Made by a program: the position numbers and the translations under genes. A DNA stretch of 64,000 bases, taken from assembly GCA_040901985.1 (NCBI GenBank), contig JBBDYC010000007.1, positions 32,001-96,000 of the forward strand. Direction: 5' to 3'. How positions within the stretch are numbered: the first letter of the stretch is position 1; each line of letters starts with the position of its first letter. The notes beneath the pieces are model-generated. The model saw nothing but the letters and a program-made list of their open reading frames with translations, ran no database searches and had not been told where the DNA came from. The DNA comes from Gemmatimonadaceae bacterium (GTDB lineage: Bacteria; Gemmatimonadota; Gemmatimonadetes; Gemmatimonadales; Gemmatimonadaceae). Below are positions 53,293-64,000 of the stretch, piece by piece.

Positions 53293-54489
53293 GTGTCCCT
53301 GAGCTTCCGCACCGCCGGCGAGTCGCACGGCCCCGCCCTGATTGCCCTCGTCGAGGGCGCGCCGGCGGGGCTGCCACTGCTCGCCGACGATGTGGACCGG
53401 GAGTTGGCGCGCCGGCAGCAGGGGTACGGCCGCGGCCGGCGGATGCAAATCGAGCACGACCGCGTCGAGTTCCTCGGCGGTGTCCGCGCCGGCGAGACCA
53501 TCGGCTCGCCGATCGCGATGCTCATCCGCAATCGCGACTGGGCCAACTGGCAGGCCATCATGGATCCGGCACCGCGCCCGGAGGACGACACGTCTGAGGG
53601 GCGCAAGCGCCAGGTCACGCGCGTCCGGCCCGGCCACGCCGATCTCACCGGGCTCCTCAAGTTCGACCGTGACGACGCACGCGACATCCTCGAGCGCGCC
53701 TCGGCGCGCGAGACGACCGCCCGCGTTGCCGCCGGTGCCGTCGCCAAACGGCTGCTCGCCGAGTTCGGCGTGCGGATCGGCAGCCACCTGGTTCACCTCG
53801 GCGGCGTGGACGCCGCGCGTCCGGCGACGATGCCCGAGCACATCAATGCGGTCGCCGACGCCTCGGCGCTCCGCTGCCTCGACCCCAAGGCCGAGACGGA
53901 GATGGTCGCCCGCATTGACGCCGCAAAGGCCGACGGCAACACGCTGGGCGGGATCTGCGAGGTCGTGGTGGATGGACTCCCGGTGGGCCTCGGCGCGCAC
54001 GTCGCGTGGGACCGCAAGCTCGACGGGCGGCTCGCCGCCGCGATCTGTTCCATCCCAGCCGTGAAGGGTGTCGAGATGGGCCTCGGCTTTGCCGCCGCGC
54101 GCCTCACCGGAGCCGAGGTCCACGACGAGATCGAGCCGGCCCCGGGGCATCCCCGCACCGGCAACGTGCGGCGGCGCACCAACCGCGCCGGTGGCCTCGA
54201 GGGCGGGATGACCACCGGCGAGCCCCTCGTGCTTCGGGTGGCCATGAAGCCGATCTCGACGCTGATGAAGCCGCTCGACACCGTGGACACGCGCACCGGC
54301 GCCAGCGCCTCCGCGGCCGCCGAGCGGTCCGACGTCACCGCCGTGCCGGCGATGGGCGTGATCGCCGAGGCGATGGCTGCACTCGTGCTCGCCGACGCGC
54401 TCCTCGAGAAGTTCGGCGGCGACTCCCTGCGCGAGACGCGGCGCAACCACGACGCGTACCTCGCGCGCGTGGCCGAGCGCCTCGGCTAA
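53293..54489 (+). CDS. aroC: Chorismate synthase
   Basis: TAGESHG, RPGHAD, ERASARET, MKPISTL, ERSD. Confidence 0.97.
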   Translation: MSLSFRTAGESHGPALIALVEGAPAGLPLLADDVDRELARRQQGYGRGRRMQIEHDRVEFLGGVRAGETIGSPIAMLIRNRDWANWQAIMDPAPRPEDDTSEGRKRQVTRVRPGHADLTGLLKFDRDDARDILERASARETTARVAAGAVAKRLLAEFGVRIGSHLVHLGGVDAARPATMPEHINAVADASALRCLDPKAETEMVARIDAAKADGNTLGGICEVVVDGLPVGLGAHVAWDRKLDGRLAAAICSIPAVKGVEMGLGFAAARLTGAEVHDEIEPAPGHPRTGNVRRRTNRAGGLEGGMTTGEPLVLRVAMKPISTLMKPLDTVDTRTGASASAAAERSDVTAVPAMGVIAEAMAALVLADALLEKFGGDSLRETRRNHDAYLARVAERLG

Positions 54490-54497
54490 GCGGCGCC

Positions 54498-55025
54498 GTG
54501 GGCGCGCCCAGGCGGGTCGTCCTCGTCGGCCTTCCGGGCGCAGGGAAGAGCACCGTGGGCGCGCTCGTCGCCGCCCGGCTCGGCTGGCGCTTCGTGGATC
54601 TCGACGCCGAGATCGAGCGCGCGGCGGGTCGCACGGTGGCGCAGATCTTTGCCGACGACGGCGAGTCAGGCTTCCGGCTTCTCGAGCGGGAGGCCACAAT
54701 CGCGCTGCGGGGCCAAGACGGCCTCGTGCTGGCGCCGGGAGGGGGGTGGGCGGCCGTGTACGCCAACCGGGAGGCCCTCGGCGAGGGGGCGACGCTTGTG
54801 TACCTCCAGGCGACACCAGCGACCGCGGCGCGCCGATTGGCCGCGGCGCCTGGCGTCCGGCCACTGGTCGCCGGGCCCGATCCAGAAGCCGAGCTGGAAA
54901 AAATTCTCGCCGCCCGGGCGCCGAGCTATCTGCAAGCGAATCATACGGTTACGGTAGATTCGATGTCCGCGGACGACGTGGCCTCTATTATAGTTGCGCT
55001 TGTTTTGGGGGATGTGCAGGACTAG
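54498..55025 (+). CDS. aroK: Shikimate kinase
   Basis: GLPGAGKS, DLD..IE, GE..FR..E, GGG, RPL. Confidence 0.93.
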   Translation: MGAPRRVVLVGLPGAGKSTVGALVAARLGWRFVDLDAEIERAAGRTVAQIFADDGESGFRLLEREATIALRGQDGLVLAPGGGWAAVYANREALGEGATLVYLQATPATAARRLAAAPGVRPLVAGPDPEAELEKILAARAPSYLQANHTVTVDSMSADDVASIIVALVLGDVQD

Positions 55026-55062
55026 GATGCCCTCCCTGCGCCGGGAACCCCTTCAATAAGCA

Positions 55063-57522
55063 ATGGCCACGAAGAAGCGTCCGACCGCCAAGAAGGCGGC
55101 CAAGAAGAAGAAGACGACCGCCAAGGCAACCGCCAAGACGACCGTCAAAACGACCGCCAAGACGACCGCGCCCAAGGCGGCCAAGCGGCGCGTCCCGGTC
55201 GAGGCGGAGCTCCCCCACGACGAGGAGGCGGCGCGGTCGGCGGCCGGCAAGTCGCTGGTCATCGTCGAGTCGCCGGCCAAGGCCAAGACCATCGGCAAGT
55301 ACCTCGGCTCGGCCTACGCGGTGAAGGCGACAGTGGGGCATATCCGCGACCTGCCCGTCAAGCAGATCGGCATCGACACCGAGCACGGGTTCGAGCCGAT
55401 GTACGTGACGATCCCGGGGAAGGAGAAGACGGTCGCCGAGTTGAAGGGCGCGGCGAAGACCGCCAAGGCCGTCTACATCGCAACCGACCCGGACCGCGAG
55501 GGCGAGGCGATCGCCTGGCACGTCGAGCAGCAGATCAAGGGAAAGTCGGCACCGCCGATCCGGCGCGCGCTGTTCTTCGAGATCACCAAGGAGGCCGTGG
55601 CCAAGGCGCTCGGCGACGCGCGGGCGATTGATTCGCGGAAGGTGGACGCGCAGCAGGCGCGCCGGATCCTCGACCGTCTCGTCGGCTACAAGGCGAGCCC
55701 CGTGCTTTGGAAGACCGTCAAGAAGGGACTCTCCGCCGGCCGCGTGCAGACCGTGGCGCTCCGCCTTCTCGTCGAGCGCGAGCGCGAGATCCGCGCCTTC
55801 GTGCCGCGCGAGTACTGGACGATTGCTGCCCAGCTTGAACACGAAGGGCAGGCGTTCACCGCCAAGCTCCATCATCTCGACGGCGAGAAGCCCGACATCC
55901 CCAACGAGAAGTCGGCGCAGGCCATACTCGCCGACCTCAAGGGGCGCACGCACTTCGACGTCACCGACATCAAGCGGCGTGAGCGGCGCAAGAATCCCGA
56001 GGCGCCGTTCAAGACCTCCACGTTGCAGCAGGAGGCGGCCAAGAAGCTCGGCTTCGGGTCCAAGCGGACGATGCGGCTGGCGCAGAACCTCTACGAAGGC
56101 GTCCAGCTCTCGGCGGCCGAGGGTGCCGTCGGCCTCATCACCTATATGCGCACCGACCACGTGCGGGTCGCCGACTCGGCCGCCGCCGCCGCGCGCGCGT
56201 TTCTCGGCGCGCAATTCGGCACGGCCTTCCTCTCCGACGCACCGCGACTCTTCCCGGCCGGCAAGGACGACGCCACGCAGGGCGCGCACGAGGGCATCCG
56301 GCCCACCGACCCATCGCGCACGCCGGACAGCGTGGCGAGGTACCTCTCGGCGGACCAGCTCAAGCTCTACACGCTCATCTGGCAGCGCTTTATGGCGTCG
56401 CAGATGGCGCCGGCGGTCTTCGACACGACGACGGTGGACTTTGACCTCGGCCGCTACCTGTTCCGCGCCACCGGATCGGTCGTGAAGTTCCAGGGGTTCC
56501 TTGCGCTGTACAAGGAGACGCGCGAGGAGGGCGACTCCAAGGCGCTCGAGGACGAGCAGGCGCTCCCGGCCATCGAACCCGGCGAGCACGCCCCCGTCCG
56601 CTCGATAGACCCGAGCCAGCACTTCACCGAGCCGCCGCCGCGCTACTCCGAGGCCTCGCTCGTCAAGGAGCTGGAGAAGCGCGGCATTGGGCGACCGTCC
56701 ACCTACGCCTCCATCATCTCCACGCTCACCGAGCGGCACTACGCCGAACTGCAGCAGCGTCGCTTCTTCCCCACGCCGCTCGGCGAGTCGGTGGAGAAGG
56801 TGATGGTGAAGCAGTTCCCGCGGGAGTTCGACGTCGGCTTCACGGCCGAGATGGAACTCGAGCTCGACCAGGTCGAGGACGGGCGGAAGGCGTGGCGCGA
56901 CGTGCTCAAGGCGTTCTGGACGCCGTTCGAGAAGTCGCTCGGGTCGGTGGACGCCGAGGCGCTGATCCGCGAGGCCTACGACCTCTCGGCGCTCGAAACC
57001 GAGGTCTGCCCGATTGACGGCGCCAAGCTCGTCCCCAAGGGCGGGTTCTTCGGCCCGTTCGTGGCCTGCGTGAACCACCCCAAGAGCTGCACCTTCACCC
57101 GCCCGCTCAAGGGAAAGAAGGAGCCGCCGGTGATGACGAAATACCTCTGCCCACTCTGTGGCCAGCCGATGGTCGTCCGGCGCTCGCGCTCCGGCGAGTT
57201 CCTGGGCTGCTCCACATTCCCCAAGTGCAAGGGCACGCGGTCAATGCCCACCGGCGTGCTCTGTCCGAAGGACGGTGGCGACATCGCCGCCCGCCGCTCG
57301 AAGAAGCGCGGCAAGGCGTTCTACGGCTGCGAGAACTATCCCAATTGCGATTTTGTCTGCTGGGACAAGCCGGTGGCGGAGAAGTGTCCCGACTGCGGCA
57401 ACATCGGTGCCGAGGCCAAGAGCACCAAGACGCGCGGCCACTTCCGCCGTTGCCTCAAGTGCCAGAACGAGTGGGACGTCCGGGCGCCGGACGCCGCGGA
57501 GGCGGAGGTCGTGCACGCGTGA
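55063..57522 (+). CDS. topA: DNA topoisomerase I with Lys/Ala/Thr-rich N-terminal extension and C-terminal zinc ribbons
   Basis: IVESPAKAKT, DPDREGE, SAGRVQT, ITYMRTD, GIGRPSTY, Cys ribbons. Confidence 0.97.
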   Translation: MATKKRPTAKKAAKKKKTTAKATAKTTVKTTAKTTAPKAAKRRVPVEAELPHDEEAARSAAGKSLVIVESPAKAKTIGKYLGSAYAVKATVGHIRDLPVKQIGIDTEHGFEPMYVTIPGKEKTVAELKGAAKTAKAVYIATDPDREGEAIAWHVEQQIKGKSAPPIRRALFFEITKEAVAKALGDARAIDSRKVDAQQARRILDRLVGYKASPVLWKTVKKGLSAGRVQTVALRLLVEREREIRAFVPREYWTIAAQLEHEGQAFTAKLHHLDGEKPDIPNEKSAQAILADLKGRTHFDVTDIKRRERRKNPEAPFKTSTLQQEAAKKLGFGSKRTMRLAQNLYEGVQLSAAEGAVGLITYMRTDHVRVADSAAAAARAFLGAQFGTAFLSDAPRLFPAGKDDATQGAHEGIRPTDPSRTPDSVARYLSADQLKLYTLIWQRFMASQMAPAVFDTTTVDFDLGRYLFRATGSVVKFQGFLALYKETREEGDSKALEDEQALPAIEPGEHAPVRSIDPSQHFTEPPPRYSEASLVKELEKRGIGRPSTYASIISTLTERHYAELQQRRFFPTPLGESVEKVMVKQFPREFDVGFTAEMELELDQVEDGRKAWRDVLKAFWTPFEKSLGSVDAEALIREAYDLSALETEVCPIDGAKLVPKGGFFGPFVACVNHPKSCTFTRPLKGKKEPPVMTKYLCPLCGQPMVVRRSRSGEFLGCSTFPKCKGTRSMPTGVLCPKDGGDIAARRSKKRGKAFYGCENYPNCDFVCWDKPVAEKCPDCGNIGAEAKSTKTRGHFRRCLKCQNEWDVRAPDAAEAEVVHA

Positions 57523-58883
57523 GCGACCCGCCGCGCCGCGCCGTACACGTCGTCGGAGGCGGCCTTGCCGGGAGCGAGGCCGCCTTTCAGTTGGCGGAGC
57601 GCGGCCACGACGTCGTGCTCCACGAGATGCGTCCCGTGCGCGGCACGCCCGCGCACCGCACGGACCGTCTCGCCGAGCTTGTCTGCTCCAACACCTTCAA
57701 GAGCACCGACGTCACCAACGCGCACGGGCTCCTCAAGGCGGAGATGCGCGCCCTCGGATCAATTGTGCTCGAGGCGGCCGACGCCGCGCGCATCCCAGCG
57801 GGCACCGCGCTCGCGGTGGACCGCGACATTTTCGCCGCCGGCGTCCAGGAGCGCGTGCAGGCGCACCCCCGCATCACCGTCGTGCGCGAGGAAGTGCGGG
57901 AGTTGCCGGACGTCGGCGTCGTCGCCACCGGCCCGCTGACGAGCGACGCGCTGGCCGAGGCCATCGCCGCGCGGATCGGCGTGAACGCACTCGCCTTCTA
58001 TGACGCAATCGCCCCGGTGGTCGCCGACGAATCCATTGACCGGACGCTCGCTTTCCGTGCCGCGCGGTGGAACAAGGAGACGATGGCCGACGCGGGCGAC
58101 GAGGGCGCATACCTCAACTGCGCGATGGACCGCGAGCAGTACGACGCGTTCATCGCCGCGCTGACGACCGCCGATCAGTACGCGTCGCACGAGTTCGAGG
58201 ACGTGCCGTACTTCGAGGGGTGCATGCCGATCGAGGAGATGGCCAGGCGCGGGCCGGAGACGCTGCGTCACGGGCCGATGCGCCCGGTTGGCCTGCGCGA
58301 CCCGCGGACGGGGAAGCGGCCCTGGGCGGTCGTCCAGCTCCGCCAGGAGGATCGCGCCGGACGGATGTGGAACCTCGTGGGCTTCCAGACGCGGCTCCGC
58401 TATCCCGACCAGGCGAAGGTCTTCCGGATGATTCCCGGGCTCGGCGCCGCAGAGTTCCTCCGCTTCGGGAGCATCCACCGCAACTCGTACCTCAACGCGC
58501 CGGCCGCACTCAGCCCGCACCTCGCGCTCCGCGACCGGCCGACCACGCTCTTCGCCGGGCAACTGACCGGCGTCGAGGGGTACACCGAGAGCACGGCCAC
58601 GGGGCTGCTCGCGGCAATCAATCTCGATCGCCTCCTGCGCGGCGACTCGCCGGTGATCCCGCCCCCGACCACGATGCTCGGCGCGCTCTACCGATACCTC
58701 CGCGAGGCGGACCCCACGCACTTCCAGCCGATGAACGCCAACTTCGGCCTGCTCGAGGAGCTTCCCGACGCGCCGCGGGACAAGGTCGTGAAGCGCCAGC
58801 GGTATGCCGAGCGCGCGTTACTGGCAATGGAGTCGTTTCGTCAGGAGTATGGCATCGTGCACATTCCCGCCGCCCTAGGGTGA
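57519..58883 (+). CDS. trmFO: FAD/folate-dependent tRNA (uracil54) methyltransferase
   Basis: GGGLAGSEAA, ELVCSN, NLVGFQT, HRNSY, GQLTGVEGY, FQPMNANFG. Confidence 0.96.
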   Translation: MSDPPRRAVHVVGGGLAGSEAAFQLAERGHDVVLHEMRPVRGTPAHRTDRLAELVCSNTFKSTDVTNAHGLLKAEMRALGSIVLEAADAARIPAGTALAVDRDIFAAGVQERVQAHPRITVVREEVRELPDVGVVATGPLTSDALAEAIAARIGVNALAFYDAIAPVVADESIDRTLAFRAARWNKETMADAGDEGAYLNCAMDREQYDAFIAALTTADQYASHEFEDVPYFEGCMPIEEMARRGPETLRHGPMRPVGLRDPRTGKRPWAVVQLRQEDRAGRMWNLVGFQTRLRYPDQAKVFRMIPGLGAAEFLRFGSIHRNSYLNAPAALSPHLALRDRPTTLFAGQLTGVEGYTESTATGLLAAINLDRLLRGDSPVIPPPTTMLGALYRYLREADPTHFQPMNANFGLLEELPDAPRDKVVKRQRYAERALLAMESFRQEYGIVHIPAALG

Positions 58884-58887
58884 TTAA

Positions 58888-59406
58888 ATGAAGTTTCTGT
58901 TCCGTCTCGCCATCGTCGCCCTGTTGTTGCTCGGCGCCGCCTGGCTCTATGGCCGATCGCTCCCCCGCGAGCACCTCGTCTCGAGCACGATCGTGCTCGT
59001 CGCGCCCGCCGACTCGGTCTGGCGGGTCATCCGCAACTTCGAGGCGACGCCCGCCTGGTGGTCCGATCTCAAGTCGGCCAGGCGCGTCGCCGGCCAGCGC
59101 GAGACCTGGGAGCAGGATATGGGATCGGCGGGGACGATCCGCATCGCCGTCACCAGCGAGACGCCCGGCCGCCGGCTCGTGACGACGATCCTCAACGACG
59201 ACCAGGACGATTGGGGCGGCACTTGGACCTACGATATCGTCGCCACCGGACCCGGCACCGAGGTGACCGTCACCGAGAACGGGTGGGTGGAGCGGCCACT
59301 GTACCGCGTCGTGATGAACCTGCGCGGCGTGCACCGCACGGTGGAAGGCTATCTCCGGTCGCTCTCGGCGCACTTCGGCGAGGTCGCGAATCCGCGACGT
59401 GGCTGA
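58888..59406 (+). CDS. SRPBCC (START-like) domain protein with N-terminal TM
   Basis: APADSVWRVI, WW, WGGTWTY, TEVTVTENG. Confidence 0.82.
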   Translation: MKFLFRLAIVALLLLGAAWLYGRSLPREHLVSSTIVLVAPADSVWRVIRNFEATPAWWSDLKSARRVAGQRETWEQDMGSAGTIRIAVTSETPGRRLVTTILNDDQDDWGGTWTYDIVATGPGTEVTVTENGWVERPLYRVVMNLRGVHRTVEGYLRSLSAHFGEVANPRRG

Positions 59407-60325
59407 CCCCGACGCGTTGATCGGCGCGTTCCTCACGCACCTCGAGAAGGAGCGCGACGTCTCGCCGAACACCGTCGCCGCGTACGCGCGGGACCTCGCC
59501 GGCCTGCAGGCGTTCCTCGCCGACCATCTCGGCGTGGCGGCGATTGACTGGGCCACCGTGGACCGCCTCGCGCTGCGCGCGTGGCTCGCCCACCTTGCGC
59601 GGCGCGGGCTCTCGCGCCGGTCCAGCGCCCGCGCGCTCTCCGCGGCCCGCTCGTTCTTTCGCTTCCTCCATCGCGGGGACCTTGTTGAGGCCAACCCGGC
59701 GCGCGCCGTGGGCACGCCGCGGCTCGAGCGGCATCTCCCCGGGCACCTCGACCGCACGCAGATGGAGACGCTGCTGACGGCGGCCGGGACGCGCGCGCAG
59801 GAGGGGCGCTTCACCGATGTGCGCGACCTCGCCATCCTCGAGCTCCTCTACACGGCCGGCCTGCGCATTTCCGAGTTGCGCGGCATCAACGTCGCCGACC
59901 TCGACCTCCTTGCCGGCGCGGTGAAGGTGCGCGGCAAGGGACGCAAGGAGCGGATCATTCCCGTCGGGCGCGCCGCGCAGGGCGCGCTCCGCGCCTACGA
60001 GCGCTCGCGCGAGCAGTTGGTTGCCAAGGTCGGCGCGGGGGCCGACCGGACCGCCTTCTTCCTCAGCCAGCGCGGGAAGCGGATGAGTCCCAAGACGCTG
60101 CACAACGCGGTGACCGCGCGGCTCCACGGCGTGGACGAGGGGGCGGGGCTGAGCGCCCACGCGCTCCGCCACACCTTCGCCACGCACCTCCTCGACGGCG
60201 GCGCCGACCTGCGGGCGGTCCAGGAGCTGCTCGGCCACGCCAGCGTCTCGACGACGCAGATCTACACGCACCTGTCGGTCGAGCGGCTCAAGCAGGTGTA
60301 CCGGAGCAGTCACCCGCGGGCGTAG
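59399..60325 (+). CDS. xerC: Tyrosine recombinase XerC
   Basis: [34 protein letters not shown]; typical topA-trmFO-xerC-hslVU context. Confidence 0.92.
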   Translation: MADPDALIGAFLTHLEKERDVSPNTVAAYARDLAGLQAFLADHLGVAAIDWATVDRLALRAWLAHLARRGLSRRSSARALSAARSFFRFLHRGDLVEANPARAVGTPRLERHLPGHLDRTQMETLLTAAGTRAQEGRFTDVRDLAILELLYTAGLRISELRGINVADLDLLAGAVKVRGKGRKERIIPVGRAAQGALRAYERSREQLVAKVGAGADRTAFFLSQRGKRMSPKTLHNAVTARLHGVDEGAGLSAHALRHTFATHLLDGGADLRAVQELLGHASVSTTQIYTHLSVERLKQVYRSSHPRA

Positions 60326-60369
60326 TCCCGCCCGGCGTGGTCGCCGACGCGCCACTGTATATTTGGCGG

Positions 60370-60915
60370 ATGCCGCCCTCCCAGATCCACGCCACCACGA
60401 TCCTTGCGGTCCGTCGCGACGGGAAGGTCGCGATCGGCGGCGACGGCCAGGTCTCGGTCGGCGAGACGGTGATGAAGTCGGGCGCGGTGAAGGTGCGCCA
60501 GCTGAAGGGCGGGCGGGTCCTCGCCGGTTTTGCCGGCGCCGCCGCCGACGCCTTCACCCTCTTCGAGAAGTTCGAGGAGAAGCTTGAGCGGCATCCGGGG
60601 AACCTCCCGCGCGCGGCGGTCGAGCTGGCCAAGGATTGGCGCTCCGACCGCGTCCTGCGCCGACTCGAGGCGTTGCTGATTGTCGTGGACCGCGAGCACG
60701 GCTTCGTGCTCTCCGGAAATGGCGAGCTGATCGAGCCCGACGACGGCGTGCTGGCCATCGGGTCGGGCGGGCCGTACGCCCTCGCCGCGGCGCGCGCGCT
60801 GCTCCGCGAGACGCCGCTCCCGCCGACCGAGATCGTCAAGCGCGCCCTCACCATCGCCGGGGAGATCTGCATCTTCACCAACACGCAGATCACCATCGTC
60901 GAACCGACCGGCTGA
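60370..60915 (+). CDS. hslV: ATP-dependent protease subunit HslV
   Basis: [26 protein letters not shown]. Confidence 0.96.
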   Translation: MPPSQIHATTILAVRRDGKVAIGGDGQVSVGETVMKSGAVKVRQLKGGRVLAGFAGAAADAFTLFEKFEEKLERHPGNLPRAAVELAKDWRSDRVLRRLEALLIVVDREHGFVLSGNGELIEPDDGVLAIGSGGPYALAAARALLRETPLPPTEIVKRALTIAGEICIFTNTQITIVEPTG

Positions 60916-60916
60916 G

Positions 60917-62352
<1,436 letters not shown>

Positions 62353-62356
<4 letters not shown>

Positions 62357-63270
62357 GGCCGCACCGCGACCTGCTCGCCCTCACCGATTGCTCGGCCGCC
62401 GAGCTGCGCGCGCTCTTCGCGCTTGCCGACCGGATGCGGAACGGCCGGTACGCCGCGCGTCCGCTGGAGGGGAAGGCGCTGGCGATGCTCTTCCTCAAGT
62501 CGTCCACCCGCACCCGCGTCTCGTTCGAGGTCGGCGCCTGGCAGCTCGGCGCACACCCGCTCTTCCTCACGCCGCGCGACGTGCAGCTCGGGCGCGGCGA
62601 GGCCGTCGCCGACACCGCGCGGGTGCTCGACCGGATGGTGGACGGCATCATGCTCCGCACCTTTGCCCACGCCGACGCCGAGGAGCTCGCGCGCTACGCG
62701 GGGGTGCCGGTCATCAACGGGCTCACCGATCTCCAACACCCCTGCCAGGTCCTCGCCGACCTCCTCACCGTGCAGCAGCACCTCGGGAGCTTCGACGGCA
62801 AGCGCGTCGCCTGGATCGGCGACGGGAACAACGTGGCGAACAGTTGGTGCGACGCGGCGGCGTTGCTGGGCTTCGAGCTCCGGCTCGCGTGTCCGGCGGG
62901 CTATGATCCGGACCCGGCAATCCTCGCTCGTGCCAAGGCGAGCGGCCACGTCACGCTCGTGCGCGACCCGCAGGAGGCCGCCGACGGCGCCGACGTGGTG
63001 ACCACCGACGTCTGGGCGTCAATGGGGCAGGAGGAGGAGCAGGAGACGCGCGCCAAGGCGTTCCGGGCGTTCCAGGTGAACGCCGCCCTGATGCAGCGCG
63101 CCGCGCGTACCGCCATCTTCCTGCACTGTCTCCCCGCGCACCGCGGCGAGGAGGTCACCGCCGACGTCATTGACGGGCCGCAGAGCCGCGTCTGGGACGA
63201 GGCGGAGAACCGGCTCCACGTGCAGAAGGCCGTGATGGCCGTCCTGATGGGTGGGGAGCCGCTGGGGTGA
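62353..63270 (+). CDS. argF: Ornithine carbamoyltransferase
   Basis: STRT, HPCQ, WASMG, HCLP motifs. Confidence 0.95.
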
Positions 63271-63325
63271 GCGCTCGGACAGGGCGCGCGGCGGCGGGGC
63301 CCAAAGCGCTGTAGGTTGGAGGGCG

Positions 63326-64000
63326 ATGCCCGACGCCTTCCTCCGCCGCCTGCAGGACGCCCTCGGCGCCACCTACGTGGTCGAGCGCGAACTCACGGCG
63401 GGGGGCCAGAGCCGGCTCTTCCTCGCCCGCGACGCGAACCTCCCGCGGCACGTCGTCATCAAGCTCCTCCCGCCCGAGCTCGCCGGCGAAGTCGCCCTCG
63501 AGCGCTTCAAGCGCGAGATCGCCGTCCTCGTCCGGCTGCAGCACCCGCACATCGTGCCGATCATCGGGATGGGGGCGATTGACGACCTGATCTGGTACGT
63601 GATGCCGTTCATCGAGGGCGAGTCGCTCGACGCGCGGATTGCCAGGGGCGCGCTCCCGGTGGTTGAGGGGGTCGGGATCCTCCGCGAGGTCGCCGACGCG
63701 CTCGCCCACGCCCACGAGATCGGCGTCGTGCACCGCGACCTCAAACCGGCCAACGTGCTCTTCCAGTCGGGGCACGCGGTGCTGGCCGACTTCGGCGTGG
63801 CGCACGCGCGGCTCGAAGGCCTCCGCACGAGCGCCGGGCTCTCGCTCGGCGCGATGCGGCGGAGCGTGCAGGTGAGCGGGGGCCGGCTCACCGACAAGGG
63901 CTTCGCCGTCGGGACACCGGGCTATATGGCGCCCGAGCAGTTCGTCGGCGACGACCCCGCCGACGCGCGCGCCGACGTCTATGCCCTGGCGATGGTCGGC
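63326..64000 (+). CDS. Hanks-type Ser/Thr protein kinase (3' end outside window)
   Basis: Hand translation from ATG 63326: VVIK, HPHIV, HRDLKPAN, DFG, GTPGYMAPEQ, DVYAL. Confidence 0.93.
   Translation, partial: MPDAFLRRLQDALGATYVVERELTAGGQSRLFLARDANLPRHVVIKLLPPELAGEVALERFKREIAVLVRLQHPHIVPIIGMGAIDDLIWYVMPFIEGESLDARIARGALPVVEGVGILREVADALAHAHEIGVVHRDLKPANVLFQSGHAVLADFGVAHARLEGLRTSAGLSLGAMRRSVQVSGGRLTDKGFAVGTPGYMAPEQFVGDDPADARADVYALAMVG

Noticed and set aside
48346..54864. Very long antisense ORFs (e.g. 48346-50973, 51919-54864; also 54988-57078, 13927-15771)
   Set aside because: Shadow frames of well-supported plus-strand genes, expected in high-GC DNA; no recognisable motifs
59399..60325. Tyrosine recombinase as a phage or ICE integrase
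   Set aside because: XerC size and motifs in the housekeeping topA-trmFO-xerC-hslVU context; no att sites or cargo

Overview
A high-GC bacterial chromosomal segment, probably Gemmatimonadota (inferred from gene content and order), made almost entirely of core and cell-envelope genes. It holds acs, ppa, ctaB, an Oar-like TonB-dependent receptor, lptF-lptG-mlaE-mlaD, a complete ccmABCDEFGH cytochrome c maturation operon, pnuC plus a NadR-type kinase, infA/hslR/arfB, aroC-aroK, topA-trmFO-xerC-hslVU-argF and a partial Ser/Thr kinase. A type IVa pilus system is split into comEA-pilB-pilT-pilC and pilS-pilR-[GT-C, GT2, TMTC-like]-pilA-minor pilins-pilMNOPQ. The best candidate for an undescribed system is the three-gene glycosylation cassette between pilR and the sigma54-driven pilA. 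It includes a bacterial homolog of the TMTC protein O-mannosyltransferases and suggests a lipid-linked pilin O-glycosylation pathway. Other signals: a glutaminyl-cyclase-like lipoprotein with Gln at +1 of many secreted proteins, strong avoidance of RTCGAY, many apparently leaderless genes, a frameshifted pilP, four adenine-only deviations in pilM, and dispersed 7-mer tandem repeats. I saw no rRNA, tRNA, CRISPR array or mobile element. All family calls come from motif recognition by eye; no database searches were run.
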